Shown: positions 10,587-20,695, numbered from the stretch's first letter. The stretch: 64,000 nt of DNA from an uncultured Nitrososphaerota archaeon (GCA_964518475.1 CAZFGR010000002.1:43699-107698); one strand, 5' to 3'. The notes: generated by a model not told the origin, from the letters alone. Made by a program: numbers and translations.

Positions 10587-11593
10587 GTGAAATAGAGACC
10601 ATAGCTACATTGGCTAGTCACTCAGCTTTGCAAATCCTTAAGGGGGCTAAGGATGAAGGTTTCAAAACACTAGCTATTTCACTTAAGAAGCGATTAAAGG
10701 TTTATCAGAGATTCCGCCACTTTATAGATGATATCATCGTTGTGGAGGACTTTAAAGAACTTGTTAATAAGGATATTCAGGAAGACTTGTTAAGGAGAAA
10801 AACAATTCTAATACCCCATGGAAGCTTTGTGGAGTATCTAGGGATAGAGAACATCGAGAAGTTAGAAGTTCCAGTGTTTGGTAACAAGAAACTTATGATA
10901 TGGGAATACGATGCTTGGAGAAAACTTGAGTTACTGGAGAAGAGCGGTATTAAGACTCCAAAACTCTTCAAGAAAGTTCAAGAGATTGATAGACCAGTAA
11001 TAGTGAAGTTTCCTGGTGCTAAGGGTGGGCGGGGATACTTCATAGCTAGGAATGCTGAGGAGTTCAGAAAAAAGATTAAGGAAAGAAACCTCGATCCCGC
11101 ACAATTAATCATTCAAGAATACGTCTTTGGAACACCTATGTATTTTCATTATTTTTACTCACCATTATTGAATAGACTTGAATTACTGGGAGCCGATATT
11201 AGGTATGAGAGTGAGGTGGATGGAATTAAGAGATACCCATACCCCGTCGAGAACTATACATTCACGGTCGTCGGGAATATCCCTCTCGTTTTGAGGGAGT
11301 CATTACTTGAACAAGTTTTTGATTATGGGGAAAAATTTGTTGAAACAACGAAGAAGTTCCTGCCTCCTGGTGCAATTGGGCCTTTCTGTTTAGAAGCTAT
11401 TTGTAGAAGTGATTTAGAGATTGTTGTTTTTGAGTTTTCTGGCCGCATTGTTGCTGGCACTAATCTCTATATCCACGGATCTCCGTATAGTTGGTTATAT
11501 TTTGATGAGCCTATGAGTAGTGGGAGGCGTATTGCTCGAGAAATAAGAATGGCTCTTGAAATGGATGCTCTCGATAAAATTGTTGTGAGGTGA
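10583..11593 (+). CDS. purP: PurP-family ATP-grasp protein (FAICAR synthetase-like)
   Basis: [42 protein letters not shown]. Confidence 0.9.
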   Translation: MSEIETIATLASHSALQILKGAKDEGFKTLAISLKKRLKVYQRFRHFIDDIIVVEDFKELVNKDIQEDLLRRKTILIPHGSFVEYLGIENIEKLEVPVFGNKKLMIWEYDAWRKLELLEKSGIKTPKLFKKVQEIDRPVIVKFPGAKGGRGYFIARNAEEFRKKIKERNLDPAQLIIQEYVFGTPMYFHYFYSPLLNRLELLGADIRYESEVDGIKRYPYPVENYTFTVVGNIPLVLRESLLEQVFDYGEKFVETTKKFLPPGAIGPFCLEAICRSDLEIVVFEFSGRIVAGTNLYIHGSPYSWLYFDEPMSSGRRIAREIRMALEMDALDKIVVR

Positions 11594-12705
11594 TTTTTAT
11601 GATAAATGTGGATGAGATGAGAAGAATCATTAGGAATGAGTATGATTGGAGCAATATCCATATTGGTGTCCTAGGGAGTCACTCCGCTTTGGATGTGCTA
11701 GATGGAGCCAAGGATGAAGGATTCAAAACAGTTGTTATATGCCAGAAAGGGAGAGAAAAACCCTATTTAAGATTCAAAAGATTATGCGACGAAGTGATAA
11801 TCCTTGATAAGTTCCGTGATATGGTTCGCGAGGATATTCAGGATAGGTTAAGAGAGCTTAACACAATATTTGTCCCTAATAGGAGTTTCTCGGTATACGT
11901 AGGGTATGAAAATATAGAAAATGCATTTAGGGTTCCTATATTTGGTTCTCGCCACTTATTAAGAGCTGAGGAGAGGACTGGTGAACTGAACTATTATAAG
12001 ATCCTAGATGCTGCTGGTATAAGAAGACCACGAACATTCAAGGATCCATCAGAGATTGATAGACCAGTAATAGTTAAGGCCATGGCCACTGGTAGTGTTG
12101 AGAGGGCGTTTTTCGTCGCCGTGAGTCCCGAGGATTTCTGGTCAAAAGTTGAGAAGCTTGCTAAGCAAGGATTATTGACGAAGAAAGAGCTCGAGAAAGC
12201 TTCTATAGAGGAACTAGTTATCGGAGTTGATTTCAATTTTAATTATTTCCACTCAATTGTTCGTGGAGAAATAGAGTTTCATGGAATAGATAGGAGGTTG
12301 CAGACCAATATTCATGGTTTAGTAAGGTTACCAGCAAGTATCCAGCTAGAGCTAAGCAATATCACTATCAGAAACGTTGAAATAGGTCATATGCTAGCAA
12401 CGATCAGGGAGTCCCAGTTAGTAAAAGTTTTTGACATGGGTGAGAGTTTCGTCAAGACACTCTCCAAAATGTACCCACCAGGAATCATAGGACCCTTCAC
12501 ATTACAAACAATAGTGACCGAGAACTTAGAGTTCGTAGTCGTGGATGTAGCTTTCCGAATAGGTGGGGGGACAAATGTGTGGGCTGGAATAGGGAGCCAG
12601 TACAGCAAGTTTTACTTCGGCCAACCCATAAGCATTGGTAGAAGAATAGCAATAGAGATCAGAGAAGCAATCGAACAAGACATGCTCGATAAGATAGTTA
12701 CATAA
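11590..12705 (+). CDS. purP: Second PurP-family protein (divergent paralog)
   Basis: GSHSALDV, PNRSF, ERAFF, RIGGGTN, GRRIAIEI; last gene of the cluster. Confidence 0.85.
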   Translation: MIFMINVDEMRRIIRNEYDWSNIHIGVLGSHSALDVLDGAKDEGFKTVVICQKGREKPYLRFKRLCDEVIILDKFRDMVREDIQDRLRELNTIFVPNRSFSVYVGYENIENAFRVPIFGSRHLLRAEERTGELNYYKILDAAGIRRPRTFKDPSEIDRPVIVKAMATGSVERAFFVAVSPEDFWSKVEKLAKQGLLTKKELEKASIEELVIGVDFNFNYFHSIVRGEIEFHGIDRRLQTNIHGLVRLPASIQLELSNITIRNVEIGHMLATIRESQLVKVFDMGESFVKTLSKMYPPGIIGPFTLQTIVTENLEFVVVDVAFRIGGGTNVWAGIGSQYSKFYFGQPISIGRRIAIEIREAIEQDMLDKIVT

Positions 12706-12835
12706 CCTCCTAATTCTACTAATATTCTCTGAGAAAAAATCATAAGATAATTAGAGACAATCTATCTCTAGTTTCTAATAAAACTCTTTTTAATTATTGT
12801 AATCCCTCTAAGAATTTAGGAATAAAGGTTCATAG

Positions 12836-13276
12836 GTGTGTAATAAAGTGGAGATAGTAGAATCTAGGCCGGGAATTATAAAACTTTCGGATAATACGAC
12901 ACTAACGCTTAAAATAACAATAATTGATGCTCGCGAAGTTGGATTTTCGCCTTTCGGGGGAGTACATATAGCTGTAAAGGCTGTAGGAGGCATAAGTACT
13001 AAGAACGTGCCTCATGAATTACGGGAAAAAGTCTCAGATAAACCATTAGCTACTTCGCAAATACCTAAGGATGGCTGGGAATTGATTGATATTAGAGAGC
13101 AGGAAGAGGCTTGCGAAAAAGTAAAAATTGATACATCTAGGGGTAAGTTTCTGGTTAATGTTCGGGCGGAAGCTACCATGGCTGCTCGTAATATGCAATA
13201 TAAAAACGAGTTTAACGAGCCCATTTACATGCTGAGTTGGGTCTATAAGGTTTCTTGGAGACCGGTGAGAGAGTGA
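12836..13276 (+). CDS. Hypothetical beta-rich protein
   Basis: 146-aa ORF; its stop overlaps the ATG of the next gene (TGATG). Confidence 0.75.
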   Translation: MCNKVEIVESRPGIIKLSDNTTLTLKITIIDAREVGFSPFGGVHIAVKAVGGISTKNVPHELREKVSDKPLATSQIPKDGWELIDIREQEEACEKVKIDTSRGKFLVNVRAEATMAARNMQYKNEFNEPIYMLSWVYKVSWRPVRE

Positions 13277-13851
13277 TGTGGGAGTATTCCCAAATTACAG
13301 ACTATGGAAAAATAAGGGACAGCACAGTTTTGACGATTTATTATCCGATACAGGAACTACCCAGACTAACCACACAAACTTTAAGAAAAATTCTAGAAGA
13401 AGCTGACGAGTTGCTGAAGAGAAAGGAGTATATCCAGGCTTGTGAAAAATACTATAAAGTAATGGAGGAAGTCATAAAAAAGCTGACAGAATTGTATAAG
13501 GAGAAATCACGATTACTAACCAACTTTATTAATTATGTAAGAAAACGTGGAAATTGGAATACTTTTATCTTACAACGTGCTGCTGAGGAATTAAGAAGAA
13601 TACTTAATGAGGAATTAGGAGGAGGCATCGGTGACAAGATCTATGAAGCTTGGGAAGCAGCTCTTAGATTACACAGAGATTGCTTCCATGAGCAAATCCT
13701 AGGTGATACCGTAATAAAAGAGAAGAGAGATATTATAACCGAGACATTCAATCTAATAGCAAGAGAACTTGAGAAGTTAGATATTCACTACATAAAATTA
13801 GAAGAAGACTCAACAGGATTCGAAACTCCCCTAAATAGCGCACACACATAG
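13276..13851 (+). CDS. PaREP1-family (HEPN-like fold) protein
   Basis: YIQACEKYYKVMEEVIK and AWEAALRLHRDCFHE match the PaREP1 pattern. Confidence 0.8.
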   Translation: MWEYSQITDYGKIRDSTVLTIYYPIQELPRLTTQTLRKILEEADELLKRKEYIQACEKYYKVMEEVIKKLTELYKEKSRLLTNFINYVRKRGNWNTFILQRAAEELRRILNEELGGGIGDKIYEAWEAALRLHRDCFHEQILGDTVIKEKRDIITETFNLIARELEKLDIHYIKLEEDSTGFETPLNSAHT

Positions 13852-13984
13852 ATACGTACGTACGAGAAACGATTAAAGCTCAGCCACGTATAAGAAAATA
13901 ACCAACATCCAGTAATCGTTCCAGTAAGTAGAAGCTCTTACTCTTTTATAATTGAGGGAGAGATCTGTTCCCTAGTCTCTTTTC

Positions 13985-14316
13985 TATATTGTCATCCCTT
14001 CTCTCTTAATAGTTCTAATGAACTGTGTTTTTTCTGCCTCAAAAATCGTTCTCCGAGATGTAGATCATTGTTACGGGAAAAACTCTAGATATATCTTATC
14101 TGCAACCTTCTCGGCGAAATCCTTAACTTCTTTGGGATCTTCTTGATACATAACCGCGACATCGACATCATTATCTGGTCTATACTCCTCAGCGCAACAG
14201 AACTAAAACTTTTAGATAATTAGATAATTCGAAAGATGCGTGCGTATTATGATATAAAAACTCAAATTCTTAGAGAGTTGTTTCGAATTTTCTACTTTTT
14301 CTAATCTAGTTCTCAC
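13985..14316 (-). pseudogene. Degraded minimal nucleotidyltransferase (MNT antitoxin)
   Basis: Minus-strand fragments in different frames with stops: FSSVA / EEYRPDNDVDVAVMY / FEAEKTQFIRTIKREGMTI*. Confidence 0.7.
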
Positions 14317-14335
14317 AAGCTAACGTCTCTCTCGC

Positions 14336-15371
14336 GGCTTTGTGGTAGAGTAGCTTTATAGGTACTATACTCGTATTACCTGCGACTATCCAGAAAAGAG
14401 CGTCCTAGTGAAAATATATTGACTTTATGAGTTCATAATTATTAGGGTTACTTATAAACTAGCTAAAAAAACTTACCAGCCCGAGGAGGCATATCATAAT
14501 CTCTAAGATAGCTGTTCTGACATAAGGAATTCCCAGCAATTAAAGCTATGAACGAGCATTAGACGATTTCAAAAATTCAACATGCATAAAAGAGGCAGTC
14601 TAAGAAGAGTGTAAACTCTCCCTCCATGACTAAATGAAAGAAGAGTCCATTAGGCATGGTAATCCCACTGATAAGGCTCTTTCTTTACAAACTGGCGAGA
14701 ATGAAGACTTGCGGGAAATTATTAGTGATTGCGAATGGAACTAGTATTGGACTTGAGGAAGCATCAAGCTACTACTTAGAGAGATGGGAAAGAGAATGAG
14801 AATGCTCGCTATTAGCTGTTCTGCACGCTCCGAAGGTCGACGTCTTCTTCGATGCTGTCGCTACTCTCTATTGTATTTCTCTGAGATCAAAGCCTTCACA
14901 AACTACTTCCTCAAAACCCTGGTGAATGCAGGATCTTCTGGAGAATTCACGGATAAAAAACCTGATGCAACCGACGCTATAGAAGCCATAAAGATATAGC
15001 TTAGTTCACATCCCCCACTTAGGCTTGAATAACAACTTACAAGACCTTCTGGAACTCGTTTGACAATGTCAGAAATCTTGTAAAGTCCGTTTTATCTTTT
15101 TAAAGTCATGATTAAGAAAATAATATACAGTAGGTCGGTTTGGTTGGTAATGTTAAGAGTCTCATGGAGGCTGTCTTCTCCTCTCTAAAGGCTATGGTCG
15201 GAGACATGATCTATAGTAAGTCTTGGAAAGCGAGAATCTGCGACGTCTTCATCGTAATCCTAGCCTATAACGAGGCCAGAATAATAGCGCTAAGTCCCAA
15301 TTAATGGCTTAAGAGGAGTCTAGAAGGCTGAACGGGACAAGGGGCCAAAAAGATAAATTTGAAACAAAGCC
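14336..15371 (+). mobile_element. Degraded IS5-family (IS903-like) insertion sequence
   Basis: Ends GGCTTTGT (14336) and ACAAAGCC (15371); transposase fragments LLVIANGTSIGLEEASSYYLER, GEFTDKKPDA, KSLMEAVFSSLKAMVGDMIYSKSWKARICDVFIVILAYN; many frameshifts and stops. Confidence 0.75.
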
Positions 15372-15489
15372 TAGTAGATCCTAAGAGACAAGAATCTGCG
15401 ACACTTTCGTCGCAACTCTAGGTTATGGCGTGGCTGGGATGATTATGTCGAATCTCAATTAGTGGCTAAAAATGATCTAGAAAGCCGAG
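15372..15489 (+). mobile_element. Older, more diverged 3' fragment of the same IS
   Basis: Collinear with about 15213-15332 (shared AGAATCTGCGAC; RICDTFVATLGY vs RICDVFIVILAY). Confidence 0.7.
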
Positions 15490-15638
15490 GCAACACCTTT
15501 AATCTTTATATAAGTAGTGATTAATGAGAGTTTGGAAATCGATAAGGATAAATAATATAAGATTAGAATATATATTCCTAAAGATCACTATGAATTCCTT
15601 TATAATCAACAGTAATCACCCCTCAGGGGTGATTACTG

Positions 15639-17879
15639 TTGAAAAACTTCGCGAAAATTTTTCTTCTTTGCTTTCTAGTCCTCTCAATAATCTCTATTAA
15701 TGCCGTTTATGCTACTATTCTAAGTATAGTTGCCAGTGAAGAATATTCATCACTTGTAGATAATTCGACTTTTGATGATGGACTTTCTGGGTGGACGCTT
15801 GTTAAGGGATCCGGAGGGCCTACGAGTGGGGGATTAGATAGTGGTAACGTTTGTCTCTATGTCTCGCCTAGTTATGATGCTAGTAGTGGTAAATGGGTAT
15901 TCGAGATGAAGGCTCCAATATCCTCTAGCGAGTTACCGTTTATGGAGTGGCTGAAGAGTCCTTATCGTGGTGTTTCTTTTTCGTATTGGTTTAGGCTTGT
16001 TAATGATGTGAGCGAGTATGTGAGTGCGTATGCGTATATTGAATATTCCTACACTTCTAGCATTGGTGGTTGTCCATTCGCCGCTATTTGGGATGGGGAG
16101 AAGTACGTTCTCGTCAACAACATTCTTCCTAATGCCCGTAGTTATGAGAATATGACTATGGTGGAGGATTACTTATTTATTGATCCCTTATTGATCGAGG
16201 ATACCGTCAAACTCAAAATTTTAGAGTTCCAGCGAGAGATGAGCTATATAGACAGTATTAGTTTATTCTCATTCGATTACCCCTCCCACTATAAAGTTGC
16301 ACAGTTGGATAATGGTTCTCCAGTCCTATGGCATCCAGAAATCATAAAAATACCATCAATAGTGATTAACTCTAATGGGTCTATAGTCACTGACAAGATT
16401 ATCTGGGAGGATTACCTACCCTATATTGGACAAAAAGATGACTACATAATTTTAGAATTTTCGAACATCTCAAAGGCCTACGACCTACTCTTAATAAAGG
16501 CCGATGATACGATAATAAAACTCTCACTAGAAGTATATGTTCTTATTAATGACACTTGGAGCTTTATAGGCAGGATCATTCCAAGGGAAATATACTCTTG
16601 GTACGCCATTGACCTAGACCAATACGAGATTCCTTACAATGATAGCTTGAAGATGAAGATAAGGTTCACAGCCGAGCACAAGATTGACTTCATTGCCCTA
16701 ACAATGAAGGCACCAGATCGAGTAAAACTACGGAAGCTTAAATTGTTTAGAGCCGTTCATAATAGGCTTGGGAATAGTAAATACACTGTGAAATCAGATG
16801 ATAATAGGTATATAATAATACTCCCGGGTGACGAATTATACTTGATCTTTAAGGACGGGGAAAAACTCAAGCGCAATTATAAGAGAGGATACCTCCTCAA
16901 GGTCAGGGGATGGTATAGGACATTAAGCGACGAAGAATTCGCAAGGTATAAGGATAGAATAAAGAACATGGATCCAACAGTAACAATCTCATCAGAAGAA
17001 ATTAAAGTAAAGGAATCAAACACTTGGGTACAAGTCCCAGTCTACTACGGTGACTTCCCAGATACATTAGAATCAGTCTACTTCAAAATCAGACTAGAAT
17101 CACCAGTACAATTCAACGCGTATATAGACTGCGCATTCGCCCACTTCGCCATGCAGATATCAAGCAGCAATGAAGCAGGATCAGCAAAAATCGTAGCAAT
17201 CGTGACACGGGTAAATGTGCAGAAGAATACAAAGCACAATATAACAGATATATACTTATGCTTCGCATTAATAGTATACTCCTCAGATGGCAAAGGAATT
17301 TATACGGCAAAAATGTCCGTGGAAAGAACAGATTCTGACAGTGTTGGTGATGTGAGAGAATTAATTAGTTTTGAGGGAGTCAGCGATATTATCGGATATG
17401 ATAATGCAAAAGAAAATGCTACGCATGTGGCAGAATATAATGAAATAAGAATGAAAGAGACTCAAGCTATTTCCCAAGGACTAGCTGTAATTGGACTTCT
17501 CTTAACAGTATTGGGGATAATAACTGGAGAAGGAGCAATAATCTTTGGCATTGGTAGTCTTGTAATTAGTACAACTAGCGTGTGCCGCGCATTTCTTATT
17601 AACAATACAGATTTAATAGATAATAATGATGGGGATAGGATCATTCACACCCAGTTGCCTACAACAATTAGTGCGAATCCTAATGAAGGACGCGTAACAA
17701 CTAAGGGAGCGTTGAGCGCTCCAGTTCACTGGATAACGATACTAGACTATGGAGAAAATAAATTATATGTGCGGGGTTATATCGAGTTTGGAACAATAAT
17801 CGATACTTCTGATGTTATTTATATAGGACCACCTTACTTTGAATTGACAGTATCTCTGACAATCTTAGCTAAATTATAA
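15639..17879 (+). CDS. Secreted mosaic protein: CBM-like jelly roll, inserted 'GGCP..W.G' domain, C-terminal beta domain with hydrophobic hairpin
   Basis: Signal peptide; NSTFDDGLSGW start and NAYID end typical of CBM4/9-like folds; GGGGTGA SD. Confidence 0.85.
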   Translation: MKNFAKIFLLCFLVLSIISINAVYATILSIVASEEYSSLVDNSTFDDGLSGWTLVKGSGGPTSGGLDSGNVCLYVSPSYDASSGKWVFEMKAPISSSELPFMEWLKSPYRGVSFSYWFRLVNDVSEYVSAYAYIEYSYTSSIGGCPFAAIWDGEKYVLVNNILPNARSYENMTMVEDYLFIDPLLIEDTVKLKILEFQREMSYIDSISLFSFDYPSHYKVAQLDNGSPVLWHPEIIKIPSIVINSNGSIVTDKIIWEDYLPYIGQKDDYIILEFSNISKAYDLLLIKADDTIIKLSLEVYVLINDTWSFIGRIIPREIYSWYAIDLDQYEIPYNDSLKMKIRFTAEHKIDFIALTMKAPDRVKLRKLKLFRAVHNRLGNSKYTVKSDDNRYIIILPGDELYLIFKDGEKLKRNYKRGYLLKVRGWYRTLSDEEFARYKDRIKNMDPTVTISSEEIKVKESNTWVQVPVYYGDFPDTLESVYFKIRLESPVQFNAYIDCAFAHFAMQISSSNEAGSAKIVAIVTRVNVQKNTKHNITDIYLCFALIVYSSDGKGIYTAKMSVERTDSDSVGDVRELISFEGVSDIIGYDNAKENATHVAEYNEIRMKETQAISQGLAVIGLLLTVLGIITGEGAIIFGIGSLVISTTSVCRAFLINNTDLIDNNDGDRIIHTQLPTTISANPNEGRVTTKGALSAPVHWITILDYGENKLYVRGYIEFGTIIDTSDVIYIGPPYFELTVSLTILAKL

Positions 17880-17897
17880 AAGCGAGGATGGTTAAGA

Positions 17898-19556
17898 ATG
17901 CTTACCAAGCGATTAGTCTTTACTTTATGTTTACTGTTTATAACTGCTTCTCTACTCCGCCCTTATTACATTGTTCTCGGATCTCTTGGAGAATTATCTT
18001 ATGTGAAAATCACAGATTACTCACCAATTAATGCAACCATTAAGTGGTTGAGACGGGATCTAGGAAGAGATTTAGAATCTCCTCCATTGGTTTGTGATGT
18101 TAACAATGATGGGTCACAAGAAGTCATCGTTGCTGGAAGAACTGTAGATAATAAGTGTAATGTATGGGCATTCGATCTTGAGACTGGATCCATTGTATGG
18201 CATACTATACTTCCGGAAATTCCAATCCTTCCAGCTTTATCTACTAGTGATTTAAATGGTGACGGATTTCTAGACATACTTGTTCGAACTGAGAACAAGA
18301 TCTTTATTTTAAATGGAAGCGATGGAAGCGTAGAGTTCACTTTAAGTACCACTGCTTATTCCGTCGCTCCCTTCATAGATATTAATAACGACGGATTTAG
18401 AGAAATCGTTGTTGCTGAGACACACAGACTAGTCGTCTTTAGTGGTCTGGATGGTTCCGTTTTATGGAGTTTTAGACTTGATGGTCGCTTTGGTGCGTTT
18501 GCCTTCGCTGACGTTGATGGTAATGGTTTGTGGGAGATTATTGTTGCTTATGACTCTAATGGATCGCATCCCTTCACTCTTCCCGATACTCTTCTCGTTT
18601 TTTCTTCTGATGGGAGGTTGTTGAGGGGTATTAATCTTGGGCTTAAGGGTGGGGATTATATTATTTCTGAGCCCCTTATAGTTGATGTTAATGGGGATGG
18701 GTTGCTCGATGTTGTTTTATCATCGATTTACAATTGTCTCGCGGTTGATCTCTTCTCCGGGAGGGTGTTGTGGAGGCTTAACTATCTAGACTGCCTAGAC
18801 GAGGTTTCAAGGACTTACGTTACGTGGACCTTCGGCGTTTTCCCATCTATCGGCGATATCAACTCTGATGGAGAGTTAGAAATCTTAATAGCCTCTAGAT
18901 TTCTAATGTTTATTATTAGTTCTGACGGTGAGCTTTCATACTATGCAATGCTTCCCGAGTCTAATTTCTTATACGAGGGCTTTGGCGCTATCGGCGACGT
19001 CGACGGCGATAACCGATGCGAGATAGTGATCGGAGGAATTACCACAATCTGGATATTTGACTGGGATGATAAGAGATTTTACTCTATCCCTATTGGCTGG
19101 GAACAAAATGCTAAACCAGCGACACTGGTGGATATTGATGGGGACTCCGACGTGGACATATTAGTGGCTGGCCAAGATAGACTTTACGCTTTCGACTTAT
19201 TAAGTAGTGGCTTTAGAATAGATTTTCCATTCCCCTCTATTAATGGTTCCTACATTGGCAACTATATGTTAATTGACCCCGACCTAGATGGATTATCCAC
19301 ATATTCTGAGAAACTCGTTGGTACTGATCCATATTCTTATGACAGTGACGGTGACGGATATAATGATGGATATGAAGTAGCGAATAACATGAATCCACTA
19401 AAATTTGACGAGAGACCCCCCTCGCCTCCTCCTAAATCACCTATAAGTCTTTATCTCCAGATTGCTACAATAGTTGGGGTTTCTACCATCGGATTAATAG
19501 TAGTGATAGCATATATTAGATCAAAAAAGAAGTTAAGTAAACATTTGATGAGTTAG
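17898..19556 (+). CDS. Membrane-anchored FG-GAP/VCBS beta-propeller protein with Ca-binding TSP3-like repeats
   Basis: Eight DxN/DxDG..(D/E)I repeats with PQQ-like G..VW motifs; DPDLDGL, DSDGDGYNDG; Pro linker, TM helix, basic tail. Confidence 0.9.
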   Translation: MLTKRLVFTLCLLFITASLLRPYYIVLGSLGELSYVKITDYSPINATIKWLRRDLGRDLESPPLVCDVNNDGSQEVIVAGRTVDNKCNVWAFDLETGSIVWHTILPEIPILPALSTSDLNGDGFLDILVRTENKIFILNGSDGSVEFTLSTTAYSVAPFIDINNDGFREIVVAETHRLVVFSGLDGSVLWSFRLDGRFGAFAFADVDGNGLWEIIVAYDSNGSHPFTLPDTLLVFSSDGRLLRGINLGLKGGDYIISEPLIVDVNGDGLLDVVLSSIYNCLAVDLFSGRVLWRLNYLDCLDEVSRTYVTWTFGVFPSIGDINSDGELEILIASRFLMFIISSDGELSYYAMLPESNFLYEGFGAIGDVDGDNRCEIVIGGITTIWIFDWDDKRFYSIPIGWEQNAKPATLVDIDGDSDVDILVAGQDRLYAFDLLSSGFRIDFPFPSINGSYIGNYMLIDPDLDGLSTYSEKLVGTDPYSYDSDGDGYNDGYEVANNMNPLKFDERPPSPPPKSPISLYLQIATIVGVSTIGLIVVIAYIRSKKKLSKHLMS

Positions 19557-19654
19557 CCTATTCACCACATAATAGAAAAATCACTTTGATAATCTTCTTT
19601 CTTTTTATGCCATATTTTAGTCTCTTAATTGAAGAATTTTTACGCAGAGATGCA

Positions 19655-20695
19655 CTACTCGTAATATCCGATTAGTTGTGAGAGTATTTTTGAGTATCTA
19701 AACCCTATGACTGGTAGTTTTTTCTTTCTTGCTGTCTCGATTGCTAGTATCTGGTAATATATTGTAGCGATTATTGCTATGTTGAACTCATCCATTTGTG
19801 GTAGCTCTACTACTCTGCCACTCCACCTTGTCTCGGTATCATTCGTTAGTATTACTGGTTTGGCCTTGATACTGTTTAGTGCTTCTGATAATGCTCTCAT
19901 CTTTGAAATACTCTCGCCTTTAAAAGCGTTTAGAAAAACTATATCGCCTTGATCTATGGAGATCATCCCATAATGCGAGAATTCCTCGGCCTCGAATGGT
20001 ATAGAGTGAAGCCAGGCAGCCTCTCTCAATTTTGCACCTCCGAAGAGTGCGGATACGAATCCTGGCCCTGCACCAACTAGGTAAGCATAAGATTTCTTCA
20101 CTAGCATTTCTGCATCTTTACTAGCTTGCGCGAGGAGAGTACGCATATTTGATTCTATCCATTTAATCAATGACTCAGCACTACCGATTCTTACTCCGCC
20201 TAGTTCTCTAGTTAACATGTTTAGGGAGAGCATAGCTGTCGTACTTGTAGCTGATGGAGGACCAAAAGGCTTAGTTACTTGAGTTTCTATACATAGATCC
20301 AATATTCTCGCTAGTGGTGATAATGCATCATTCGTAACAGCAAGGATTTTCAGACCTTTCTTTTTAGCATATTTCGCAGCTTCTATAGTCTTGGATGTTC
20401 TCCCAGAAGCAGAGATAGCCACCAAAACACTCTTGTCCCAAATATTAGACTTATACTTCCAAAATTCGTACGATTCAAAAGCTTGAGCTTGTAGATTCGT
20501 GAACTTCTCAAATAGGAGAGCACCATAAATAGCTACGAAATAACTGTCACCACAACCCACTAAGTATACGTTCTCTACACCATCAAAGACACTCACTAAC
20601 TCATCTAGGCGACGCCGTATCCAATTAGCAGTATCTCTTAACGCAATAGGTTGATCCTTAATAATATGTGACAATAAGCGTTCCAGAAACGACAA
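19655..20695 (-). CDS. Double-SIS sugar isomerase/deaminase (GlmS C-terminal/AgaS/FrlB-like)
   Basis: GCGDSY, ISASGRT, KLRE, EEFSHY; no glutaminase domain. Confidence 0.85.
   Translation of the reverse strand: MSFLERLLSHIIKDQPIALRDTANWIRRRLDELVSVFDGVENVYLVGCGDSYFVAIYGALLFEKFTNLQAQAFESYEFWKYKSNIWDKSVLVAISASGRTSKTIEAAKYAKKKGLKILAVTNDALSPLARILDLCIETQVTKPFGPPSATSTTAMLSLNMLTRELGGVRIGSAESLIKWIESNMRTLLAQASKDAEMLVKKSYAYLVGAGPGFVSALFGGAKLREAAWLHSIPFEAEEFSHYGMISIDQGDIVFLNAFKGESISKMRALSEALNSIKAKPVILTNDTETRWSGRVVELPQMDEFNIAIIATIYYQILAIETARKKKLPVIGFRYSKILSQLIGYYE

Noticed and set aside
14784-14999. 71-aa ORF as an independent gene
   Set aside because: It is a chimeric reading of frameshifted IS5 transposase fragments
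16071-16976. Canonical intein in the 746-aa protein
   Set aside because: It starts with Cys but lacks the block B TxxH, LAGLIDADG motifs and the terminal His-Asn followed by Cys/Ser/Thr
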